Numbered from the stretch's first letter, positions 1-12,877 are shown. The stretch is 64,000 nt of DNA from Octopus vulgaris (GCA_951406725.2 OX597816.1:100378001-100442000); one strand, 5' to 3'. Notes: generated from the sequence alone by a model not told the origin. A program made the numbers and translations.

Positions 1-420
1 GAAAGAAGAAAATACTAACAGACAAAGTGGATTATATTGAGACTGATGGGTCAAAAGACCAAGTTAAAACACAACTAAATATATATTGTTGTGTGAAGCT
101 CTGAGTCAAAAAAATAACATGCACTGTTGTGGAAACCAGCTGCCCTCTGGACACTAATGCGATCAGAAAACTACAGGAGAAAGAAGACATCTATGGTTCA
201 TTGATAAGGAGTTTATAAATTCAGTGCCTGAGTTATATTTTCAGTTTTATACCTATTATTCTTGGAGTTACAAGATATGTACCAGCCTGCCAGGAGCTAA
301 GTATTGCTGAACTTGGTTTCTTGGGGAGAGAATGCAACTCCTTTATTCATAGGGTGCAAATGATCATGATATTTGAGACATTTTAAAATTTCAGAACCTT
401 CTTAAGAACTAAAGGATGAT
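1..420 (+). mobile_element. Decayed 3' end of an RLE-type (R2-group) non-LTR retrotransposon, restriction-like endonuclease region
   Basis: Manual translation from ~120: CTVVETSCPLDTNAIRKLQEKEDIYGSLIRSL*IQCLSYIFSFIPIILGVTRYVP. This matches the RLE pattern (E/D-x-S-x-P, K-x-x-x-Y, P-I-I-L-G). Contains stops; truncated by the window start. Confidence 0.7.
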
Positions 421-669
421 TAGTAAAACCAAATGCTTTCCTGCACAACTTTGCTGCTGAGTAGGTGGCCAATCAAAATTAAATCTAAATTAAGAATATA
501 GAGACTTAGACACACACACACATATATACACACTCGTATACATATATGAATATTAAAAACACTGACATGAAGTGTAGCCTTTCTTAGACTACTGCATCAC
601 CTCTCATATAGAAGATTGCATCTTTGCCGTTAAGGAACTGGAAATAACTACTACATACTTCATCAATGA

Positions 670-1135
670 GAGAGATCAAAATACCTCTAAGCATCTACCT
701 TGTGGTACAAAATGAATATCAATTGTGCCAGTGCGATAGATGTCACCTGCCCCTTTAGCAGCTATTCAAAAATGCCTGCAAATCTTTCATTCTCATGAGA
801 TATAACATTGCTGCTAAAAGCCACTCACAATGCTATTCACAAGAAGTTTTGTTTTGATAAGCAAACCAGAGGCATGACAGAACCAAAATGTATCCAGACA
901 TTTGAATATGAGAAAAGCTAGCTGAAGACTTCGATAAAACAGTGACCCAATGCTAACATAAAAGGCCTGATATTATTCTGTTGGACAGGAAAAATCATGC
1001 ATTGTTGTAGATGTCAGCTACCCAGTGATAGTGAATATCTCATCTTAAATGGAGATGAACATTTGTGGAGAAGTAATGAGAAAATTACAGGCCTTATACC
1101 CAAGAAAGGGACTTTTCTTTGTACCCGGGATCTAC
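670..1135 (+). mobile_element. Second, more decayed RLE-type non-LTR relic (knuckle remnant plus RPD endonuclease motif)
   Basis: HKRPDIILLDRK then CIVVDVSYP at ~957-1025, and CGEVMRKLQALYP near 1065-1100; frameshifted. Confidence 0.6.
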
Positions 1136-1139
1136 AAGG

Positions 1140-1490
1140 TTATATATATATATATATATAAAACCTTATATATATATATATATATAAATCTGCATTTTAA
1201 CTCTTAATCCCTATCTAATTCCTCGCTCATATTCGAATATCACAACCATCTAATTATATTCATGTGTATGTGTGTGTATGTATGTATGCAAGGTATGTAT
1301 ACCTGTGTATACAAGGGCGATAATACATATATATGGGTGTGTATGTGTACATATATACATGAGTACGAGTTGTGTATGTAGATATTGATATGCATAAACA
1401 TCTGTATAAATATATATATATACATGTCTAATATATATATATATATATATATACATGTCTAATATATACATATATATCATCTGCGTAACC
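1140..1490. repeat. Compound (TA)n/(TG)n/(TATG)n microsatellite
   Basis: Visible dinucleotide runs; they explain the spurious Y/I/H-rich ORFs 1240-1492. Confidence 0.9.
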
Positions 1491-1649
1491 ATCTTACATC
1501 ATTTTCCAGTATAAATAAAAGGTATTCCACATCACTACTGAACATTGTCTGGGGACTCAGATAGAATGGAGTGGAGCATACAACTCACTGATCCATAATG
1601 AAAAATAGGCTGCACCATACAATGGAACATCACAGATGTGCAACTTATG

Positions 1650-2100
1650 CCTAGAAGAACCTCTGGAAATCCCATCCAGGGAAAATGTGATAAATATATA
1701 CTCCAAGATGATCATATTGTGTAAACATACAAGCAGAACATCATTTCTGGAATTTGAAAAAAGCATTTTGGAACAGAATAACATCAATTACCCTTAGCAT
1801 ATTATAGAACAAGGAAGAAACACAAGCAAATAAACAAACCAACCAATATTTAGGACACTTTACACTATACCAACAGAAACAACTAAAAGGTCACCCTAAG
1901 AAAACATCATTTATCAATTCAGACAATAAACCCCAATAGCTGATAGCTGTAGTGGACATACCAGCTGACCTGTTTACATCAGACTTCATTGAAGATAATC
2001 ATGCCTTAAATGAGATCAAACAAATGAAAGTGCTACACACCCTTCACATCTGTAAACTCAATAGCAAAATAAGTCCAACATCACCACACACACCTCCATC
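1650..2100 (+). mobile_element. Possible heavily decayed Penelope-like element (post-RT linker and GIY-YIG remnant)
   Basis: Fragments KQNIISGI, NYP*HII, NIIYQF and GHTS*PVYIRLH resemble the PLE thumb/GIY-YIG region; many disruptions. Confidence 0.35.
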
Positions 2101-2207
2101 TCCATACAACTACCATTCATTCCTCTCTTTCCATCACCTTTCGTTCCTCCCCACCAAATACACAAAGAGACACACACATAACTCAATCAGCCTTCTCACT
2201 GGTCTAT

Positions 2208-2360
2208 CTTTACGTTGTGAGTTCAAATTCAGCCGAGGTCGACTTTGCCTTTCATTCTTTTGGGGTCGATAAATTAAGTACCAGTTGCATATTGGTTCAA
2301 TCTAATCGACTGGCACTCTTCCCCAAAATTTCAGACCTTGTGCCCCGAGTAGAAAAGAAC
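2208..2360 (+). mobile_element. SINE fragment (B-box plus Meta-domain-like core)
   Basis: gagttcaaattcagccgaggtcgactttgcctttcattcttttggggtcgataaattaagtaccag. Related copies at ~6045-6240(-), 14700-14875(-), 34090-34265(+), 42460-42520(+) and 48172-48360(+). Confidence 0.8.
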
Positions 2361-3149
2361 CTTCACACTGGTCAAAAAGGCTAAACATTCCACTGTTAAA
2401 CATCCATTAATGTTACTTCACCTGAAGAAATGAATCCATGAAGATGATCAACCCAGTGCCAATGGATGCTATGGACTACACCAGAATCATCCCAGGAATA
2501 CAGACTGTGATCTTAAGAGACAAGGGATTTGTGGAAATAGTGATGCATTAAATTTTATAAATTCTATCCAAGGATTATTGTTATTATTACTATAGTTATC
2601 CTACATTATATCGATACAGCGTGATGCAATCCCACAAAAGCTGGTTTACCAGTCAGCGTCATTAAACTGGCCAACACAATGAAATAGGAGCTTTATTTGC
2701 ATATTCAAAACATTTCCCATAAACAAATTTAAAAGATATATATAGAAACATACATACACACACGCATATATATATGGCAATGTAAATTTACTGCTTCTTT
2801 ATCTCCTACTATCAACTGCTTGTGATTTTTATCCTTCTTCACAGATTCTAGTTATATGTCTGTGTGAATGTGTATGTGCATGTATGATGAACAAAAAGCT
2901 GCATGTATGTGAGAAAGTGTGTGTAAGTGTATCATGTGTGCAGTGTGTCCATCAATGACTACATAACTTTTAGTGTTTTTATCCATTCCCTACCATGCTT
3001 GGCAATTTCGATATTTCACTCTTGACCCCATGCCATTCTCCTTCCTTTGAAATATAGCCCAATGTTTCATTTCAATTTTATAAGCTATAAGATATAAATG
3101 TGTGTGTGTGCATGTGTGTGTGTATATGTGTGTTAAATAGTAACAGTAT

Positions 3150-4140
3150 CATCATATAACTGTCTGAGAGTATCCTATTAGCTGCAAATATCTGACTTGT
3201 GCCTCTTAAGAATCCATGCATCTACTCTCCCATTGTTCTGATTTTCCAGTTATACAGAGATCAGGTAGTTTATGATGCATTACTCATTATCAGCTTTATT
3301 AGAGCCCTTTATAAAATCAAACTATACTTCATCCACATTCAAATGATTGATTAAATTTTTTTAGCTCTCACTTGTAGTGCTGCAAGAACTGTACATGAAA
3401 ATTTCTTTCTAGGCAAAAGCCATGCTGAGTGTTTATTAGTAACTTATTTTCCTTCTATGGATATGGCCAGTTTCTTGATTGTAACTAATTACATGACTTT
3501 CCTGATGTGTAAAGTCAGATTGATAGTCCTGTAAATTGTAGAATTTGCACTGCTCTTTCTTTTATAATGAGGGCATATTATGCCTATTTCAACTTTTCAG
3601 GGTTTTCATACTTGCCAAGAAGCTTTGGCAAGTATCTAGATGTATTAGCTAAAGCCTGTTTACATAACTTTAGGAGGATTACTGAGAGTCCAATGGGACA
3701 TGTTGCTGAATTTAAGATAATTTCATCTATGGTCGATGTACAACTTCTGTCATCAGTAGTTATTACTTGCTTATGTTGAGTTGTCATCAAAGAATTCATC
3801 TGGCTTCTTTATCTGCATGTGTCTCATCAGAGAGGTAGCAACATTTTTGAGCTTCTCATTTAGTATTTAATTTACCCTTTTGGGTCTACAATTAGTAGAT
3901 TTTCTCTTTTGAACAATGACCTGTTTTGTAATGCACTGAGCTTCATTTTCTAACAAATTTGAAAGAAATTTAGGCTCACCTTATATCCTCTAGAGCTGTG
4001 AGTTCTCTTTTTGATCATTGCCTTTCATAAAAGAGTTTCATTTTATTTCCATTTTTTCTAGAAATATTTTTATTAGGCAGAACTTCTCCCTGTCTGTTCA
4101 ATTGATTTGAGGTATTTACTCTACATCTCATATGATGTAG
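3150..4140 (-). mobile_element. Decayed CR1/Jockey-group LINE reverse transcriptase
   Basis: Minus strand gives IYRTINLTLHIRKVM, QHGF and DEV*FDFIKGSNKADN, corresponding to the NYRPISLTS, QHGF and YLDFAKAFDKVDH RT motifs. Confidence 0.65.
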
Positions 4141-4339
4141 AATTCTCGGGGAATTATATATATGCATTTGCAAGTCTTTCTTTCTGCAACAGTCAACATC
4201 ATTTAACATCCACTTCCCATACTGGCATGGGTCTTATGGTTCAACAGTGGTTCAACTACTGCCCATTCACATACTCTAGTATGTAAATGGGCAGTAATAA
4301 CCCATAATAGTATATGAATGCACAGTAGTAACCCATAAT

Positions 4340-4680
4340 GAAATTTACTAGACATACGATGTTGCACTATGATGTTTAAGTTTCAATATTACAACTGCAT
4401 CTCGTTGTTCAAACACAAAAATAAGGAAAATGCGATCTCACTTAGCAAACTAATATGGCGACTTAGAGACAAAAAACAAACAAACAAAAAAAAATATGAG
4501 TTACAATGGTTGATCCTGAGTCAAGCAAAACTATTCCTTCAGTCTTCTACTATGTTCAAATCAGAAATGACTCTGGATGCACAGACTGAGCAAACCTATC
4601 AATAACAAACCTAAAATGACTACTGGAAACAGCTGTAAGTCAAAGTTACTGCAATAAAGAAAAATATGTAATGATCATTA
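4340..4680 (+). mobile_element. Penelope-like element GIY-YIG endonuclease C-terminal fragment
   Basis: ORF 4369-4605, FKFQYYNCISLFKHKNKENAISLSKLIWRLRDK...YELQWLILSQAK, matches the PLE motif FK.RY.NH..SF......T.LS..IW.LK......I.W.IL. Confidence 0.75.
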
Positions 4681-4814
4681 TTTATATAATATCTTGTTGT
4701 GTGTGTGTGTGTTCAACTCTGGAAATCCTGTGACACTTTGGATAAGGCAACATATATAAATATGTAAATATAAAACAATCTTCTCACATGATTTATTAAC
4801 TAGTATTAATATTT

Positions 4815-5300
4815 CTAATTCAATAGGAAAGTGTTGTCTAATTAATGCTAATGACAACTTTTCACTTGTTGAAGAAAGAGAGACTTCAGATAAAAAAAGT
4901 TTTTCTGTTTTGTTGGCCTCCATTTAGAATTCTTGCCTTAATGACTTTTGCTTGAATGTCTTGAATAATTAAATGTGTACCATTACACATGCCATAAGCT
5001 TGGTCTGTTGTATATAGAAAAATAATTATAGCATTAGTCTTTAATTTCAATATGTGTGATGGCAAACCTGAGACAGTTAATGTATTTAAGTATTCGGTAG
5101 CGAATTCTTTAGGGGTCAGCCTGATGTGAATATTGATCACAACTAAACAGAACCTTTTCATCTCTTGGAAATAGTTTTAGTATTTTTTCATTGATGAGAT
5201 CAACATCAGCATTTTTTAATTTAAAAACAGCAATTTTAAAAAATTTTCTGGCTTTGTACTGAAATTATGAACAATGTTACATCTCTGGGGTACTATAATT
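4815..5300 (-). mobile_element. Helitron RepHel PIF1-helicase fragment
   Basis: EYLNTLTVSGLPSHILKLKTNAIIIFL...GMCNGTHLII...VIKARILNG, then RQHFPI (cf. EFLNSL..SGLPPH.L.LK.G...LCNGTRL and RRQFP). Confidence 0.85.
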
Positions 5301-6044
5301 TCATTATTTGTTTCTTCTACTACAGACCCATTTCCTACATGGAGTATGTATTTGTTGAGCTGAATTCATTTATTCTGATCTTAGTCTCTGCATAGGACTT
5401 TAGCAAAATGTTTTGTATCAGTTGAATTTTTTTTTTCTTTTTGCATGTTTCCATAAAAAAAGATTTATTGAAACTACTATCTATGAAAGAATTCTCCTTT
5501 TTAAATTTAAAAGGCATATCTTAGTAAGGCACTCTGTCCACTGAAATATTTTTTCAAATCATTTCAAGTTTATAATCATATTTTATTTCCTTTTTCCCTT
5601 ACATTTTGTATTACACGATGTAAACTGAAAGGGTGACATTTTAAAATTTCATAAATTGAAAAAAAAAAAAAAATGTTTGTAGTAAAGGTAAAAAGTATAT
5701 GTTTTGGCTGGTAGAAAAATATGTTTTTAGGTTTTATGTAGGATCAAATTTCTAAGGTGTTGAATAGCAGGTATTTTTAATGGTCCTTGTAGCCAATGTA
5801 TCTATGCATACATGTTTCCTCTACATATAACAATAAGGAAGTGAAAGTGAAAGTTTTCAATTTCAGAAAGTGAAACAATGTATTTACAGGTTGTAAAAAT
5901 GTTTACATTTCAAGTTTTGAAATATGAATATGGGCAATGAGACAATTTATAAGCCTTAATTTCCATAATTTCAAAGAAAAAGAACAGATAATTGTTTTAT
6001 TTTAAAAAATATAACTAATTGAGTGGAAACATTAGTTTCAAATT

Positions 6045-6240
6045 TTGACACAAAGCAGACAATTATGGGTAAGTCCGATACATTGACCCAAGTGCTCAAC
6101 TGGTATTTATTTTATTGACCCCAAAAGGATGGAAGGTAAAGTCAACCCTGGCTGCATTTGGACTCAGCACAAAGAGTCAGAAGAAATGCCTTTAAGCATT
6201 TTGTCTGGTGTAGTAATGATTCTACCAGCTTACCACCTTA
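6045..6240 (-). mobile_element. SINE, same family as 2208-2360
   Basis: The reverse complement carries the gactttaccttccatccttttggggtcaataaa core and a tRNA-like head. Confidence 0.7.
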
Positions 6241-8211
6241 CATTTGAATGGGAGCATTAACAGGAATTACTAACTGGAACCTTAACTTTCTCTGTATGGC
6301 CACTGAATTTGTTAGAAGTAGCATCCGAACAATACTATCACATTAAGGATTTGTTGATTAGCATCATCTTAGATATATAAGTTGTGTAGTAGATGAGGAG
6401 CTATAGTGAGTCCTTGAAAAGTAAGCCCTTTATTTTTTTTTTTATTATATCTTTATTTTCTATCAAAGCTTTTATGTCTGGGTGCAAATAATGATTTGCT
6501 TGTTACCGCTCAGTGGAATGAAATACTCTTCAAAAGCATGCCCGAAATGTGATGGCAAAAGTTGAAAATGTAAAACTTGAGAAAATGATTAAAAGTTGGA
6601 AAATGTAGAAAAATATGCACACAACAATTTAATGCAGTAAGAAATTGCAGACGATTCCAGCAGATGATGTATATTTGTTTCTTCACATAAAGTATTCTCT
6701 GGGCTTGCACTTGGCTTCATATAATTTCAAACATCAGTGTGAATGCATGAAGGAAATAAGATACACATATATCCTTTTAAACTATGTGGCATATAGCTCA
6801 TACACACACACGCACACATGCATTTATTGACTAAACACATTCTCCTAAAATTTCAGGCCTTGTGCTTATAGGAGAAAGTATTTATCATCACCATAGAGAA
6901 ATAATTTGACATAACATGAAAAAAGAAAGTCATACAAAATATGATGCAATATATTTTTTTTCATAGAAACCATCTTTACTTTGAGAGAAGAGGAACAAAC
7001 ACTTAGGGGGGAAATACAAGCAATTATAAATGTGTGTGTGTGCGCGTGCATGTGCCTGTGTGTACATGCTCACCAATAATAGATCTTTCGTCAGTTTTGC
7101 CAAAAATATTCCAATTTTTTATCAGGACTACCTATTTGTTAAATTCACATTTGAGTATTCAACTGACACATGTACCCTAGGCTGAATCATGTTAAAATAA
7201 GAGACTAAGCTGAACTTTACAATCTTCCATACTGTTATTTTTTATCCAACTTACATTTAACTTCACTCACATGGCTTGAGTCAATCCAAGACTACAGTAA
7301 AAATCATTTGTCCTAGATGCTATACAGTGGGACTGAACCTAAAACTTCACAAATGTGAAGCAATTCTTTTTAAAACTCAACAATACTTAAGTCTGCACAC
7401 AACAATGTTTGCATGCATACATACACCTGTGTATATAATATACTCAACTATATTTCAGCAAGTGACATTGTTGTATCAACAGTGTAAATGCATATGCATG
7501 TGCATGCACAATGCTTACATATCAGCAAGGACAAGTATATTGAGTCATGAACCAAAAATAGTTATGTGTTTGCTTTGATTTATGTGAAGAAACTTGCACC
7601 TGACTACATTTATTTGAAGACGACAAAATAAAACCAGGACAGGAAAACTGTATTAACTGTATGTTATAACAGCATTAACATGACATAGATTCTATATAAT
7701 GGACATGTAGAGTAAGAATAAATAATTTTTTATTGAAAATACTTCAAGGATTTGATCCAAAAAGAATTAAATGTAAACAAAACTTTTTATGAATCATTTT
7801 AATATTTTATTGAGGTCAAATCAAAAACTCTCTTTCATAAATTAAATGTTGAAGATTTTTCTCCAACTGTTATTTAAATAAATCTTTGATGAGCTTATGA
7901 CATAAGAAATGATACTATTTCACACATTAAAAGTTATAGCTATTCATGACTTGATAGATAGATAGGCACACACACACACACACACTGCAAGAGAGAGAAT
8001 ATACATTGATATATATATATATATATAATACAGAAAATCTGTCAAGTTTATTGACCTCAGTTTAATGACTTCAGTTCATTGTGTGAATAGTACTGACAAA
8101 AGCCCCTGAAAGGTGTTGAATTCATGATCCACTTTTGTCAGTTCTACCACTGAATTATGTGAAACAAAAATTATGCAAGCAATAGATATAACTGAATAAT
8201 TTAGCAGAATT

Positions 8212-8252
<41 letters not shown>

Positions 8253-8253
8253 G

Positions 8254-8286
<33 letters not shown>

Positions 8287-8374
8287 AGAGAGGGAACATA
8301 CATTGATATATATATATATATATATATACACTCTAATTGCTGAGTCACTATCAGAACTAGAGGAAAAGTTTCAG

Positions 8375-9950
8375 GTGTGGAAGCAAGGATTAGAATCAAA
8401 GGCCTTAGAGTCAACCTAGCTAAAACCAAAATCTTAATAAATACAAAGGCAGACAAACAACAAATCCCTTCAGGTAGATGGCCCTGCTTGATCTGTAGAA
8501 AAGGCATAGGTAGAAACTCCATAAGATATACCCAGTGTGAGCTATGGACACATAAGAAGTGCAGCAATATTAAAGGGAAGCTAACTGGGAAGATAGTTTT
8601 TGTATGTGACAAATACTCAGGAGAAATAAACACTGAAAATGTGCAGAGAACAGCTTCTGTCACATTCCATGGAGAAAAACTAGAAGTAGTTGATAGCTTC
8701 AATTACCTAGGGGACCAAATCAGTAGCATGGGTGGATTCTCTGAAAGTGTTGCTGCTAGAATAAGAATAGCCTAGGCAAAGTTCAGAGAGCTCCTACAAC
8801 TGCTGGTGACAAAGGGCCTCTCATTCAGAGTAAAAGATAATATGTATAATGCATGCATGAGAACAGCCATGCTACATGGCAGTGAAACATGGGCCGTGAC
8901 TACTGAGGATATGTGTAAGCTTGCAAGGAATGACGTATGCTCCGCTGTGTGAGTAATGTCAGTGTGCGTACACGACAAAATATAAGCACTGTGAGAGAAA
9001 AGTTGGATTTAAGAAGTATCAGATGTGGTGTGCAAGACAGACGACTGCGCTGGTATAGTCATGTGTTGTGAATGAATGAGGACAGCTGTGTTAAAAAGTG
9101 TCACACCCTAGCAGCTGAAGGAACCTGTAGAAGAGGTAGACCCAGGAAAACCTGAAATGAGGTGGTGAAGCATGACATTTGAACATTGGGCCTTACTGAA
9201 GCAATGACTAGTGACTGGGACCTTTGGAGATATGTTGTGCTTGAAAAGACTCGACAAGTCAATTGAGACCATAGCCCATGGCCTATGCCAGCGGATGTAA
9301 CCAGCCCAATTATGTATACATCTCATTCATTGGACAATAAACCTTGCTTGTGAAGACCTATAGAGGCAAGTGAAATCAAAATCAAAATTGTTGACATGGC
9401 CGATGACAGTACCGCCTGATTGGCACTCATGCCAGTGGAACGTTGTAACTGGCCCACTTATGAGTACCCTTCATTCACTGGTCAATGAACTTTGCTTGCG
9501 AAGACCTATTGAGGCAAGTGTAAACAAATCAAAATCACTGATGTGGCCAATGACAGTTCTGCCTGATTGGCACTTGTGCCAGTGGAATGTTAAAAGCACA
9601 TCCAAGCTTGATCATTGCAAGGGCCATAGATTGGCTCCTGTGCCGGTGACACATGTAAAGCACCATTCAAGCGTGATTGTTGCCAGCGTTGCTTTACTGG
9701 CACATGTGCTGGTGGCACGTGAAAAACAACATTCAAGCGTTGTCGTTACCAGCGCCGCCGGACTGGCTCCTGTGCTGGTAGCATGTAAAAACACCTTTTG
9801 AGCGTGGTTGTTGCCAGAACTGCCTGACTGGCACATAAAAGCACCCACTACATTCTCGGAGTGGTTGGCATTAGGAAGGGCATCCCGCTGTAGAAACTTT
9901 TCCAGATCAGATTGAGCCTGGTGCACCTCAGTGAAACCGTCCAACCCATA
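8375..9950 (+). mobile_element. 5'-truncated RTE-clade LINE: RT C-terminal half with Cys/His insert, then 3' UTR with decayed tandem repeats
   Basis: GLRVNLAKTK...LEVVDSFNYLGD...AARIRIA*AKFRELL...YNACMRTAMLHGSETW; the 3' UTR carries ggcattaggaagggcatcc...ccgtccaaccca. Confidence 0.9.
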
Positions 9951-10994
9951 GTGTCTCCATAGTATTTAAGTACTACTTTCATATTTCTATCTGAAGAAAG
10001 AAATGTGATAGTAGAAACGATCTGAGGAATGCAATGATGGGCCACATGTTTAAAGAGACCAAGAGTGTTGTGATGAACATCAAACCAGGCTCATAGAAAA
10101 TGTCTGCTAAACATCATCAAATTTCGTTTATATACAGGACATTATTCAGTTGCTAATCAATGATAGACACTTGAAATGTACACAGTAGGCTACATTGAGT
10201 TGTAATGCTGGAGATGATAGGATAGATACAGTAATGAGAACAGACCAAAAGGTATCATACTATTGTTAAATACTATGGTATTTCTTTCATTGTTAAAAAG
10301 ATGACTAGTATTTTAGGAGAGATGAATAGTGAGCACCAGATGGAGGTTTAACAAGAAGATAATGGAAGAGAGACCCAAATATAGATATAATACATGTCAA
10401 CCTCCATTACCACCACCACCACTACCTCCAGGTTATCTGATTTACCATACTAGTTAGTATATAAGTAAATATTCTCCACTATCACTAATCACTAGTTGAC
10501 TAGTTAATTCTTTCTCCTTGGTCCTAATTATAGATCTAACCTTTTAGCTGTAATCTATATCTTATAAAAATTCTTCTACCTATGATAATCTACTCCCCAA
10601 TTCAATATAATACAATATTTAATTATCTTCTGCATCTATCTTTAGGAAACCCAAGTTTCCAAATTGTCTTTCTCATTTTTAAATACAAATTCCATCAACC
10701 AAATCAACAGCTTCATTCATTTGATGATGTAATACAAAGCAAACCTAAGTTAGAAATAATATTCAATTTAATTTAATTTAATTTAATATATATATAATAT
10801 ATATGTATATATATAATATATATGTATATATATACATCCTTTAATTCAGAGTGACTAACTCATTCATAACTAAATTTTTTCCATCATATAAGGGTAAAAC
10901 ACCCAATCTTTCTGCTGTTTTTGTGGCTATCCTGCATCCAAATGCCAAAAAACAAGTTTGTTTACATATGTAGTTGCACATATATATATATATC

Positions 10995-12045
10995 ATCATC
11001 ATCATCATCATTTAACATACATTATCCATGCTGTCATGGGTTGGACTGTTTGACTGAGCTGACATGCTGGAAGGCATGGTTTCTACAGCTAGATACCCTT
11101 CCTAATGCCAACCACTCCAAGAGTGTAATGGGTGCTTTTGTGTCACAGGCGCAGGTGCCAATTTGCATGACACCGTTACCTACCAAGACTGCAATTTTGC
11201 TTGGCTTGATGAGTCTTCTCAAGCACTACATAATGCCAAAGGTCTTCGTCATTGCTTCCGTGAGATCCAACACTCAAAAGGAACTCAGCTACTTTGTCTC
11301 TGTGAGGCCCAACACTCGAAAGGAACTCAGCCACCTTGCCTCCATGTGGCCTAACACTTGAATGGAACTCAGCCACTTTGCCTCTGTCTGGCCCAACATT
11401 CAAAGGATGTTCTTTACATGCCACCAGTATGGGTGCATTTAGCTTGACAGGTCCTCTGAAGCACAGCACATTGTCAAAAGTCTCAGTCACCAGTCATTGC
11501 TTCCATGAGGCACAAAGTTCAAAGATCATGCTTCACCACCTAATCCCATGCCTATGCATATCCTCAGCTGTCATAGCCCATGTTTCACTACCATGCAGCA
11601 TGACTGTTCACACTCAGGCATCAAACATGCTGCCTTTCACTCTGAGAGAAAGGCCCTTTGTTGCCAGAAGAAGTAGGAGCTCTCTGAACTTTGGCCAGCC
11701 TAATTTTATTCTCACAGCTATGATCTTGGAGCATCCACCTCCACTAATAATTAGGTTACCTAGATCATGGAAGCTATCTACTACCTCTAGCTTGCCCCCT
11801 GGCAGTTGATGGAGTATATGTTCTGTGCATTTTCTGCATTTATTGTACTTGTGCCCTTTCCACATACAAAAGTTAGTTTCCCTGTTAACCTTCCTCCGAT
11901 GTTGCTGCAGCTTTTATGTGTTCAAAGCTTACATTGGGTGCAACTTATAAAGTTTCTACCTACACCTTTTCTACAGATTGCGCAGGGCCATCTACCTGAA
12001 AGGGATTTGTGATTTGTCTGTCTTCCTACTTACTATGACTTTGAA
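10995..12045 (-). mobile_element. RTE-clade LINE, same family, inverted, internally deleted
   Basis: Minus ORF GGKLEVVDSFHDLGNLIISGGGCSKIIAVRIKLGWPKFRELL; (TCA)n tail at ~10992-11010; ~41-bp repeats at 11255-11400. Confidence 0.9.
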
Positions 12046-12127
12046 GAGTGTTAGCATGTTAGTAATAATGAATGAAAAGAATGATTATATATATATATAC
12101 ATACATAACAGATATATATATGTATAG

Positions 12128-12877
12128 AGACCGAGACCTATGGAAGTATGCTGTGCGTGAGAAGACCCGGCAAGACTAGTGAAGCCATAACCCGTGGCCC
12201 CTACCTGGGACGTAGTCAGTCCACCTGTGCATACCTTCCTGCTTGTGACACTTGTGAAGACCTGTTGAGGCAAATCAAATCAAAGTCAAATCGAATCAAG
12301 TCAAACCAAATCAAAATAGATGAACATCAATGGAATTTGTATCCCTGTGGTACCAGTGCCGGTGGCACATAAAAAAACCATCCGAACGGGACCGTAGCCA
12401 GTACCGCATCGACTGGCCTCCGTGCCGTGGGCACGTAACAAACACCATCCGATCGTAGCCGTTCACCAGCCTCGTCTGGCACCTGTGTCGGTGGCACATA
12501 AGAAAAACACCGAAAACACCATATCTGAGCGTGGTTGTCTGCCAGCCTCGTCTGGCACCTGTGTCGGTGGCACATAAAAAAAAACACCATCCGAGCGTGG
12601 CCGTCTGCCAGCCTCGTCTGGCACCTGTGTCGGTGGCACATAAAAAACACCATCCGAGCGTGGCCGTCTGCCAGCCTCGTCTGGCACCTGTGTCGGTGGC
12701 ACATAAAATCACCCACTACACTCTCGGAGTGGTTGGCGTTAGGAAGGGCATCCAGCTGTAGAAACACTGCCAGATCTGACTGGCCTGGTGTAGCCTTCGG
12801 GCTTGCCAGACCCCAGTTGAACCGTCCAACCCATGCTAGCATGGAAAGCGGACGTTAAACGATGATGATGATGATGA
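12128..12877 (+). mobile_element. Young RTE 3' end/3' UTR copy with ~60-bp tandem array and (GAT)n tail
   Basis: CpG-rich; near-identical units gccagcctcgtctggcacctgtgtcggtggcacataa; ends cggacgttaaacgatgatgatgatg. Confidence 0.9.

Noticed and set aside
12340-12710. CRISPR-like array
   Set aside because: The units repeat end to end without unique spacers, lie in an RTE 3' UTR, and there are no cas genes; eukaryotic context.
12311-12858. Overlapping repetitive ORFs (CATDTGARRGW etc.)
   Set aside because: They are translations of the tandem array in several frames, with no splice signals or other coding evidence.
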